Shown: positions 46,975 through 55,548 of the stretch, in pieces | Layout of the letters: each line of letters starts with the position of its first letter | How positions within the stretch are numbered: the first letter of the stretch is position 1 | DNA from: a bacterium | Lineage (GTDB): Bacteria > Electryoneota > JAOADG01 | Length of the DNA: 64,000 nt | Reading direction: 5' to 3' | NCBI GenBank assembly: GCA_963681965.1 | Contig: OY820579.1 | Location: forward strand, 3,936,001-4,000,000 | Notes under the pieces: model-generated | What the model was told of the DNA's origin: nothing | Database searches by the model: none | The model's input: the letters and a program-made list of their open reading frames with translations, nothing else | Program-made: the position numbers and the translations under genes

Positions 46975-48225
46975 ATGGAGCAGAAAGGTTACAAATCCGC
47001 CTTTGCCATCATCACCATCATGTTTTTCATGTGGGGCTTTCTCACCTGCCTGAACGACATTCTGGTGCCGCATCTCAAAGCCGTCTTCGATATGAATTAT
47101 ACCAAGACGATGCTGATTCAATTCACGTTTTTCGGCGCCTATCTGCTGATGTCGATTCCCGCAGGAAAAGTGATTGCGCGCGTCGGTTACCAGTTGGGTG
47201 TGGTGATCGGTCTTTGCACCAGTGGTCTCGGAGCACTGCTATTTTATCCGGCAGCCGGACTGCTCTCGTATCCGTTGTTCCTGCTCGGTCTGTTTATTCT
47301 CGCGACCGGTATTACGCTGCTGCAAGTGGCAGCGAATCCATATGCCTCGGTACTCGGTAAACCGGAAACTGCTTCCAGTCGATTGAATCTCGCGCAAGCG
47401 GTGAATTCCTTCGGTCACACCACTGCTCCCTACATCGGCGGAATGCTGATTCTCGGAACGGCATTGACAGCCGATCAGATTGGCGCACTTCCCGCGGCAG
47501 AACAGCACGCTGCGAAAATTGCACAAGCTTCCAGCGTTCAGATGCCGTATCTCGGACTGGCTGCGACCCTCTTTTTGCTCGCCGTCGTGATGAAGTTGTT
47601 CAAGCTGCCGGTGATTGCTACCGTCGAGAGTCACGACACCAAAAAAGTAAAATTGTCCGATGCGTTAAAGTATCGCCATCTGAAATTAGCTGCTCTGGGT
47701 ATTTTCCTCTATGTGGGTGCGGAAGTATCGATCGGCAGTTTTCTGGTGAATTTCTTCGGGCAGCGTGAAATTGGCGGATTGGCTCCAGCCGAAGCCGCGA
47801 AATATGTTTCCTTCTATTGGGGTGCGGCGATGGTGGGTCGATTTATCGGATCAGCCCTGTTACAGAAACTGAAATCACGGTCGGTACTGGCAGTTGCAGC
47901 CAGTTGTGCGGCAATCTTAGTTTTTGCCACCATCTTCCTGACTGGAACACCGGCGATGTGGACGATCCTCGCAGTCGGATTCTTTAATTCAGTGATGTTC
48001 CCGATCATTTTCACGCTCGGGATTGAAGACCTCGGCGTCCTGACCAGTCAGGGTTCCAGCGTGTTGGTCATGGCGATTTTCGGTGGTGCCGTCATTCCGC
48101 AGATTCAAGGATTTCTTGCCGATACGATCGGGATTCAGTTGGCGTTCTTCCTACCGGCGATCTGTTATCTCTATATCATCTACTACGCAGTTAAAGGGTC
48201 GCATCATCCAACTGTAGCGGCATAA
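46975..48225 (+). CDS. FucP/GluP-family MFS sugar:H+ symporter
   Basis: FFMWGF, LQVAANPY, SRLNLAQ, FLYVGAEV, NSVMFP.IF. Confidence 0.92.
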   Translation: MEQKGYKSAFAIITIMFFMWGFLTCLNDILVPHLKAVFDMNYTKTMLIQFTFFGAYLLMSIPAGKVIARVGYQLGVVIGLCTSGLGALLFYPAAGLLSYPLFLLGLFILATGITLLQVAANPYASVLGKPETASSRLNLAQAVNSFGHTTAPYIGGMLILGTALTADQIGALPAAEQHAAKIAQASSVQMPYLGLAATLFLLAVVMKLFKLPVIATVESHDTKKVKLSDALKYRHLKLAALGIFLYVGAEVSIGSFLVNFFGQREIGGLAPAEAAKYVSFYWGAAMVGRFIGSALLQKLKSRSVLAVAASCAAILVFATIFLTGTPAMWTILAVGFFNSVMFPIIFTLGIEDLGVLTSQGSSVLVMAIFGGAVIPQIQGFLADTIGIQLAFFLPAICYLYIIYYAVKGSHHPTVAA

Positions 48226-48241
48226 CATTATTAGACGATTC

Positions 48242-48278
48242 GGGCGGGCATGAGGTAAATGTCCGCCCCTGTTTTTTT
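48242..48278 (+). terminator. Intra-operon terminator-like hairpin
   Basis: GGGCGGGCAT-gaggtaa-ATGTCCGCCC followed by ctgttttttt. Confidence 0.6.
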
Positions 48279-48295
48279 CTTGGGTTGGAGTTAAA

Positions 48296-51200
48296 ATGTC
48301 ACATCATAAAAAAATCTATCCGTGGTTGGTGCTACTATTCGCGTGCCTTGTAATCGTCGTTCTGGCAGCGGTTGCCGCCGATCCACCGAAAGCCAAAGTC
48401 GATCCGAAACCGGCAACCACCGATCCTCAGAAGACGGTCAAACCTATGGAACCACCCAAGAATACGAAACCGGTTGAAACAGGTAAAGCTGTCAAAGCAC
48501 CCGAGCCAGCGAAGAAACCGGCAACTGCACCGGCGAAAGTAGACGCGAAGCCAGCAATCAAGCGCCCAGTGGAGTTTGTCAATCCGTTCATTGGTACGGA
48601 TGGACACGGTCATACCTATCCCGGTGCAACGGTACCGTTCGGTATGGTGCAACTTAGTCCGAATGGCGGTAAGCGCGGTTGGGACTATTGTTCCGGCTAT
48701 CACTATTCCGATTCGCTGCTGGTCGGATTCAGCCATACCCAGCTTTCCGGTACCGGTTGCGAGGATCTCGGCGATTTTCTTTTTCTTCCGCTACTCGGAT
48801 TACCGAAGCCGGATGTACAGACAAAACTACCCTACAAACATAAAGATGAACACGCTTTCCCGGGCTACTACTGGATCACATTACCCTCGCAGTATATGAC
48901 GGTCGAATTGACGACCACCAAGCGTGCGGGATTTCATCGGTATACCTTTCCGAAATGCGAATCGTCGTGCATCGTGATTGATGGCGGTTACGGACAAGGA
49001 GATACACCCCTCGAATCGTCATTCAAAATCGAAGGACCAAAGCAAATTTCCGGTCGGCGCCTCTCGTCGGGTTGGGCATGGGAACAGGATCTTTATTTCT
49101 ATGCCGAATTCTCGAAACCGTTCACCTCGGCAAAATTCGTCAAAGAAGGGGCATGGTCGAATACAAAAAGCGATGTGAAAGGCAAAACTGCGAAAGCGAT
49201 GCTGCTATTCAAAACTGCAGCGAATGAAAAAATCATGGTGAAGGTCGGAATTTCGGCAGTCTCGGCGGAAAATGCAAAGAAGAATCTCGATTTTGAAATT
49301 CCGAATTGGGCATTCGATTCGATTCGCGTTGCCAGTTATGAGGCGTGGGACAAAGAGTTATCCAAGATCAAGGTTTCGGGAAGCAGTAGTGCCAATCGCG
49401 AGACATTCTACACGGCACTGTATCATACGATGTGCGCACCGACGCTATTCAGCGATGTGAATGGTCAATATCGCGGCGGTGACGGCAAGGTGCACACGAC
49501 CAGTGGTTTTGAGAACTACAGCACCTTCTCGCTGTGGGATACTTATCGCGCGGAACATCCGTTATTCACGATGATGCATCCGGATCGCGTACCGCAAATG
49601 ATCAATGCGATGATCAATTTTCAATCGGAGTATGGCTATCTCCCAGTCTGGCCGCTACAAGGTTACGAAACTCAGTGCATGATCGGATATCACTCGATAC
49701 CGGTCATTACCGACGCCTATCTGAAGGGGATCAAAGGATTCGATATCAACCGCGCTTACGAAGCGATGAAGGTCAGTGCGCTGGCAAATCATAAGGGACT
49801 CGAGTATTACAATCTCGCCCGTCCGGAGTCGATCGAACAGAAGCTTGTTCAACTTCACGCGAAAGATATCGATTCGAAATTCGATTATTCCACGACATTG
49901 CGGGGAACGAATGGAAATTATTTACAAGGATACTCCTCCTCAGTTTCAGGCGAGAAGATCGATTATCATTCTGCCTACCCATATGTGAAACGAGCACTAC
50001 TGGTTCGCTCTACAACCGGTAAGATGACGATCGAATGGCAGACGGAGTCACTTCCGACCGACTACCGCGCCCCGTATGCGACTTTTATGTGGCTCGCGGG
50101 TCGCTCCGTCAGCAAGGGTTCGCACCTGTTCGATCTGTACGTCAACGATCAAAAATGGTTCACTTACTCCACCGGTCGCGACACCAGCGATAAAGTGTGT
50201 CAGTTGAAACACACCAATAGCGCAGAATTATTCTTCGTACCGACGGTCAAGGATGTTTTCGACGATCAATTCGGCAATATGTTTCTGCGGATACCGACTG
50301 CGTTGTTGAAGCCCGGCGAACCGGTTTCGCTGAAAGTGATTGGTGAAAAGGGAGACAGCTACGACTGGTATATGACGTTCGAATATGCCAACAGTTCCGG
50401 TAATCGGGTCGAACAGCAATACGCGTTTGCGCGGGAACATAGCACGAATTACCAATTTGCTCAACTGATGATCGAACACACCTCCGAACCAATACCGGCA
50501 GTCGTTTCGATCGACGGAAAAGAACTCAAACAACTGAATCTTCAACCCGGATTGAATGTTGTCGACATTCCGATTGCGATCGAAGACAGTGCAAAGACGG
50601 TACAGTTATCGGTGCTCAGCGGCGGTGCGACTTGGGAAATGCCATGTACAGTTAAGCCGATTCGACCCTTGGAATATGTTCCCGCCGACAAGGAGCGCGA
50701 ATCGGTCTCGAAGACATTGGAATATGCATTCGACGACTGGTGCATTGCGCGGATCGCGAAAGAACTCGGAAAAACCGACGAATATAAACTATTCACGAAA
50801 CGGTCGGAATATTGGAAGAACCTGTACGATGCTTCGTCAGGATTCATGCGCGGTAAAAATTACGATGGTAGTTGGGTGACACCGTTCAATCCCCGCAATT
50901 CGACTTCACTGCAGCCGGAATACACCGAAGGTAACTCGTGGCAATGGACTTGGTCGGTGCAGCACGATATCCCCGGATTAATTCAAACGATGGGCGGGAA
51001 GATAGCGACCAGTATCAAACTCGACTCGCTGTTCGGTCAGAGTTCCGATCTAACGGGAACGGGATCGCCACCGGACGTAAGCGGTCTGATCGGGATGTAT
51101 GCACACGGCAACGAGCCAAGTCATCATGTCAGTTATCTGTATGACTTTGTCGATCAGCCGTGGAAGACCCAGGAAATAGTCCGTCGAATCATGCGCGAGT

Positions 51201-51592
51201 TCTATTCCAACAAACCGGATGGTTTGTGCGGCAACGAGGATTGCGGGCAGATGTCGGCATGGTTCGTACTCAGTGCGCTCGGCTTCTATCCCGTCAATCC
51301 GGCAGATGGATCCTATCAACTCGGTTCGCCGTTGTTCGATAAAATTGAAATGAAGTTGGGTTCGGGTAAAACCTTTACCGTTGATGTGAAGAATGGATCG
51401 GAAAAGAATATATATGTGAAGTCGGTGACATTGAATGGCAAGCCGTTGACAATTCCTATGATCACCCATCGCGATCTGCTAGATGGTGCGACGTTGTCAT
51501 TTGAAATGGATGCCAATCCACATCCCGAATGCTATTCGCGATCGCTTCCGATAAAAAAAATTGAATCACACACAGAGCCGGGTGAACGATGA
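48296..51592 (+). CDS. GH92 alpha-mannosidase with Pro/Lys/Ala-rich N-terminal linker and a large internal insertion
   Basis: VNPFIGT.GHGHTYPGA..PFGMVQLSP, FSLWDTYRA.HP, SVSKTLEYAFDDW, EGNSWQW, HGNEPSHH, GNEDCGQMSAW. Confidence 0.93.
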   Translation: MSHHKKIYPWLVLLFACLVIVVLAAVAADPPKAKVDPKPATTDPQKTVKPMEPPKNTKPVETGKAVKAPEPAKKPATAPAKVDAKPAIKRPVEFVNPFIGTDGHGHTYPGATVPFGMVQLSPNGGKRGWDYCSGYHYSDSLLVGFSHTQLSGTGCEDLGDFLFLPLLGLPKPDVQTKLPYKHKDEHAFPGYYWITLPSQYMTVELTTTKRAGFHRYTFPKCESSCIVIDGGYGQGDTPLESSFKIEGPKQISGRRLSSGWAWEQDLYFYAEFSKPFTSAKFVKEGAWSNTKSDVKGKTAKAMLLFKTAANEKIMVKVGISAVSAENAKKNLDFEIPNWAFDSIRVASYEAWDKELSKIKVSGSSSANRETFYTALYHTMCAPTLFSDVNGQYRGGDGKVHTTSGFENYSTFSLWDTYRAEHPLFTMMHPDRVPQMINAMINFQSEYGYLPVWPLQGYETQCMIGYHSIPVITDAYLKGIKGFDINRAYEAMKVSALANHKGLEYYNLARPESIEQKLVQLHAKDIDSKFDYSTTLRGTNGNYLQGYSSSVSGEKIDYHSAYPYVKRALLVRSTTGKMTIEWQTESLPTDYRAPYATFMWLAGRSVSKGSHLFDLYVNDQKWFTYSTGRDTSDKVCQLKHTNSAELFFVPTVKDVFDDQFGNMFLRIPTALLKPGEPVSLKVIGEKGDSYDWYMTFEYANSSGNRVEQQYAFAREHSTNYQFAQLMIEHTSEPIPAVVSIDGKELKQLNLQPGLNVVDIPIAIEDSAKTVQLSVLSGGATWEMPCTVKPIRPLEYVPADKERESVSKTLEYAFDDWCIARIAKELGKTDEYKLFTKRSEYWKNLYDASSGFMRGKNYDGSWVTPFNPRNSTSLQPEYTEGNSWQWTWSVQHDIPGLIQTMGGKIATSIKLDSLFGQSSDLTGTGSPPDVSGLIGMYAHGNEPSHHVSYLYDFVDQPWKTQEIVRRIMREFYSNKPDGLCGNEDCGQMSAWFVLSALGFYPVNPADGSYQLGSPLFDKIEMKLGSGKTFTVDVKNGSEKNIYVKSVTLNGKPLTIPMITHRDLLDGATLSFEMDANPHPECYSRSLPIKKIESHTEPGER

Positions 51593-52497
51593 GAAAATTA
51601 CGCTTTGCCATGCTTGCTTGGTGCATGTTGATCGCAGTGAATATCGCGATGGCACGACCCGATCGCTCAGCGCCGATTCGGGTAATGACTTACAATCTCC
51701 GGTACGACAATCCGGATGACGGTCAGGACAACTGGAAATTTCGGAAGGAATTTATTCTCTCCACTTTTCGATTCTACAAAGTCGATCTCATCGGAATTCA
51801 GGAAGGGCTTTCGCATCAGGTAAAATATCTCTCCGATTCACTTCCCGATTTCGACTGGTGCGGTGTCGGTCGCGACGACGGCAAGACTGCTGGTGAATAC
51901 AGCGCGATCTTCTTTAACAAGCATCGATTCGAATTGATCGATCACGGAAACTTCTGGCTCTCGCCAACGCCGGACGTACCGTCGAAAGGGTGGGATGCCG
52001 CGTGTATTCGAATTGCCACCTGGGCGAAACTTCATGATCGGAAATCGAATACTACTTTTCTGTATGTCAATACGCACTTCGATCATATCGGTGGCGTCGC
52101 GCGCGAAAATAGTGCGAAATTGATTCGGTCCAAGATTACCTCACTCACTTCCGACAGGATGCCGGTCATGCTTTCAGGCGATTTCAATTCGTGCGATACC
52201 GACTCAAGCTACATCACACTCGTTCGTACCGATCTGAATGATTCGCGCTACCTGATCGATTCCAAATCGCTTTCGGCTACCGGTCATCACGGACCACTCG
52301 CAACATTCTGCGGGTTCGATGTAATAAAGAACTACAACAAAGAACGCATCGATTTCATTTTTGTTTCACCCGGAATTGCAGTGAAGTCCCACGGCACATT
52401 GACCGATTTTAAAGACAATCTGCATTTTCCGTCGGATCATCTCCCGGTGTTGGCAGAAGTGGTTTTACCCTGTTTCGTAACGAAATTCGAATACTAA
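51589..52497 (+). CDS. Exported endonuclease/exonuclease/phosphatase (EEP) family protein
   Basis: MTYNLRYD, GIQE, GVGRDDG, NTHFDH, GDFN, IDFIF, SDHLPV. Confidence 0.92.
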   Translation: MRKLRFAMLAWCMLIAVNIAMARPDRSAPIRVMTYNLRYDNPDDGQDNWKFRKEFILSTFRFYKVDLIGIQEGLSHQVKYLSDSLPDFDWCGVGRDDGKTAGEYSAIFFNKHRFELIDHGNFWLSPTPDVPSKGWDAACIRIATWAKLHDRKSNTTFLYVNTHFDHIGGVARENSAKLIRSKITSLTSDRMPVMLSGDFNSCDTDSSYITLVRTDLNDSRYLIDSKSLSATGHHGPLATFCGFDVIKNYNKERIDFIFVSPGIAVKSHGTLTDFKDNLHFPSDHLPVLAEVVLPCFVTKFEY

Positions 52498-52516
52498 GTT
52501 TTCGATTAGGAACAAC

Positions 52517-54463
52517 ATGAATCTCAATTTCTTCGACTGGCTCATCGTCATTATCTCGATTACGGGATTAATAGCGGTAGTCAATATCAGCAAGCGGTAT
52601 ATGCGCAGCGTTGCCGATTTTTTGTCGGCGGGTCGTTCGGCGGGGCGGTATCTGATCAGTGTCTCGCAAGGGATGTCGGCGCTCGGATCGATCACGATCG
52701 TCGGTATGTGGGAGATGAATTACATCGCGGGGTTCTCACTCCGCTGGTGGGAATTCACCATGGGCGTCGTATTGCTCATCATCACGGTATCGGGGTGGGT
52801 GATTTATCGCTTCCGGCAGACGCGCGCATTGACGATGGCGCAATTTTTCGAAATTCGCTATAGCCGGAATTTCCGGATCTTTGCCGGACTACTCGCATTC
52901 ACTTCGGGAATTGTTAATTTCGGCATCTTTCCCGCGGTTGGAGCACGATTCTTTATCTACTTCTGTGGCTTGCCGCAAACGTTTACGCTGCTGGGGTTGG
53001 CGATTCCGATGTTTCCCGCAGTGATGGCGATCTTTCTGGCGATTGCAATCTATTTTCTCTTTGCTGGTGGACAGATTGCCGTCATCATCACCGAATTTAT
53101 CCAGGGCATTTTCGTCAATACGGTGTTCATCATTATCGTGATCTACTTCCTGACTACCATTGACTGGAATCAAATTTTCATCGGACTGACCGCGGCACCA
53201 CCGGATGCATCGCTGATCAATCCCTACCATACGAGCAAGGTGAAGGATTTCAATCTTTGGTACTTCCTGATCGGCGTGGTCGGTGTGATCTACGGAAAGA
53301 TGTCGTGGCAAGGAACGCAAGGCTACAACTCATCGGCAAAGAGCGCGCACGAAGCGAAGATGGGCGAAGTGCTTGGCAATCTGCGCGACATTCCCAAATG
53401 GTTGATGTTGATCTTTGTGCCGATCGTAGCCTATACCGTGATGCACAATAAAGATTTCTCGGTTGTCGCACAGAGTGTAACCGGTATTCTGAACGGCGTC
53501 GATTCGAAAGCGCTGCAGACACAACTCACCGTGCCGCTCGTGCTATCGAAATTATTACCCTTCGGATTGATGGGTGCTCTCACGACGGTGATGCTGATGG
53601 CGACCATCGGCACGCACGACAGCTATCTCCATTCGTGGGGTAGCATCTTCATTCAAGATGTCATCATGCCGTTCCGCAAGAAAGCGTTCGAACCGGAACA
53701 ACACCTCCGTGTACTGCGACTGGCGATCCTCGGGGTCTGTATTTTCATCTTCTGTTTCAGTATCATCTTCAATCAGAGTGAATATATTTTCCTGTTCTTC
53801 GCGATAACCGGCGCGATTTTTACCGGTGGTAGCGGGGCTGTGATCATCGGTGGATTATACTGGAAACGCGGCACGACCGCAGCGGCGTGGAGCGCGCTGA
53901 TCACTGGTTCGGTGATTGCGGTCGGCGGAATTATTCTGCAGCAGATCGACAAGGATTTCCCGATCAACGGTCAGGAGTTTTGGGGTCTCGCAATGGGCTG
54001 CTCATCGATCGTCTATATCGTGGTTTCGCTACTGAATAAGAATAAAGCATTCGATATGGATCGATTGCTGCATCGCGGTCAGTATGCGATTCAGGGCGAA
54101 TTGAAAGTCGTGGACGAAGTTCCGGTGAAGGGGTGGAAGATGCTCGGCATGGGGCGCGAATTCACCCGTGGCGACAAATTGATTTACATCATCGCCTATG
54201 GCTGGGTGATTGCGTGGACGATCGCATTTCTGATCGGCACCTTCTTCAATCTGACCGGGACAGTGAGCGATTCCTCGTGGATGAGTTTCTGGAAGATCTT
54301 CCTGACGGTCAATGTGATTGCATCGATTATCATCATCATCTGGTTCTCGATCGGTGGAATGCGCGATTTGAAAGACATGTTGCATCGGTTACGCACGAAT
54401 ATCCGCAATCATCAGGACAGCGGTTTCGTCGATCGTCCCGGGAGCGAGGAGCCGAAATCATGA
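52517..54463 (+). CDS. Sodium:solute symporter (SSS) family transporter
   Basis: DFLSAGR, TMAQFFEIRYSR, GLYWKRGT, many TM helices. Confidence 0.88.
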   Translation: MNLNFFDWLIVIISITGLIAVVNISKRYMRSVADFLSAGRSAGRYLISVSQGMSALGSITIVGMWEMNYIAGFSLRWWEFTMGVVLLIITVSGWVIYRFRQTRALTMAQFFEIRYSRNFRIFAGLLAFTSGIVNFGIFPAVGARFFIYFCGLPQTFTLLGLAIPMFPAVMAIFLAIAIYFLFAGGQIAVIITEFIQGIFVNTVFIIIVIYFLTTIDWNQIFIGLTAAPPDASLINPYHTSKVKDFNLWYFLIGVVGVIYGKMSWQGTQGYNSSAKSAHEAKMGEVLGNLRDIPKWLMLIFVPIVAYTVMHNKDFSVVAQSVTGILNGVDSKALQTQLTVPLVLSKLLPFGLMGALTTVMLMATIGTHDSYLHSWGSIFIQDVIMPFRKKAFEPEQHLRVLRLAILGVCIFIFCFSIIFNQSEYIFLFFAITGAIFTGGSGAVIIGGLYWKRGTTAAAWSALITGSVIAVGGIILQQIDKDFPINGQEFWGLAMGCSSIVYIVVSLLNKNKAFDMDRLLHRGQYAIQGELKVVDEVPVKGWKMLGMGREFTRGDKLIYIIAYGWVIAWTIAFLIGTFFNLTGTVSDSSWMSFWKIFLTVNVIASIIIIIWFSIGGMRDLKDMLHRLRTNIRNHQDSGFVDRPGSEEPKS

Positions 54464-55416
54464 AACGACACTCCGCGAATCCGATTATCACGCGCTCCGA
54501 TATTCCGAATATTCCACCCGATTTGATCGATGTAACGTCGGTTTTCAATCCCGGCGCGATTCAGGTGAATGGCGAAACAATTCTCATTTTACGCGTGCAG
54601 AATCGCGGACGAGAAACCTCGTTCGTCGTGGCACGCAGTTCCGATGGTATCCTCTTCCAATGTGCGAAGAAAGCGGTTACACTGCACGGCATCGAATCGG
54701 TAAACGAAACGATCTATCATTGCTACGATGCCCGGATTACACGGCTGGACGATACTTTCTACGTCATGTTTGCCATGGATATGGATCACGGTTGCAGTCT
54801 CGGGTTAGCGAAAACTGCTGATTTCGATCATTTCGAATTTCTCGGGATCGCTTCGACCGGCGATATTCGCAATGGTGTGATCTTCCCGGAAAAATTCGAT
54901 GGAAAATATCTGCGACTCGATCGTCCGAACGATCTTCAGCTCGATGGCGGACCGACTTCCGGCACGGTGATTTGTCTTTCGGAATCCGACGATCTGTTGC
55001 ACTGGCAACGCACCGCACACATCATGCAGGGGCGGTTCCATTATTGGGATGAATTGATTGGACCGGGCGCTGTACCGATTAAGACGCGCCACGGCTGGCT
55101 CTGTCTTTATCACGGAGTGGCGACACATTTCGGCAGTGCGAATATTTATCAGGCGGGTGTCTTCCTGCTCGACCTGCACGACCCGAGCAAATTGCTCGGG
55201 CGCAGCCGGTTCAATATTCTGGAACCACGCGAGTTGTACGAACTCGCTGGACAAGTACCGAATGTAGTGTTCCCGAGTGGCGCTGTCGTGCAATCGGTCG
55301 ATGCCGACGGTTTCGCGACAGACGATAGTGAAGTCTATGTGTACTATGGTGCAGCGGATACCTGTGTCGGGTTGGCGGTGACGACGGTAAGAATGTTAGT
55401 AGAAGCGACCATTTAA
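54460..55416 (+). CDS. GH130 beta-mannoside phosphorylase/hydrolase
   Basis: Start revised to ATG 54460 (ATGA overlap); NPII, VFNPGA, YDARIT, RNGVIFPEK, LDRP, YHGV, PNVVFPSG, YYGAADT. Confidence 0.92.
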   Translation: MKRHSANPIITRSDIPNIPPDLIDVTSVFNPGAIQVNGETILILRVQNRGRETSFVVARSSDGILFQCAKKAVTLHGIESVNETIYHCYDARITRLDDTFYVMFAMDMDHGCSLGLAKTADFDHFEFLGIASTGDIRNGVIFPEKFDGKYLRLDRPNDLQLDGGPTSGTVICLSESDDLLHWQRTAHIMQGRFHYWDELIGPGAVPIKTRHGWLCLYHGVATHFGSANIYQAGVFLLDLHDPSKLLGRSRFNILEPRELYELAGQVPNVVFPSGAVVQSVDADGFATDDSEVYVYYGAADTCVGLAVTTVRMLVEATI

Positions 55417-55548
55417 GTATTTAGATAATAATAACAATCACTATTTTATGAGATCATATTGTGATCTCATTCTATATCAGTTATTTTTTATTCTGTATTC
55501 CTATCTCCCACATCTATGGCAATGTACACACTTGAATTGGAGTCGTCG

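Noticed and set aside
49811-50668. Intein or intron in GH92
   Set aside because: No Cys/Ser start, no terminal His-Asn, no LAGLIDADG motif, and the frame is uninterrupted.
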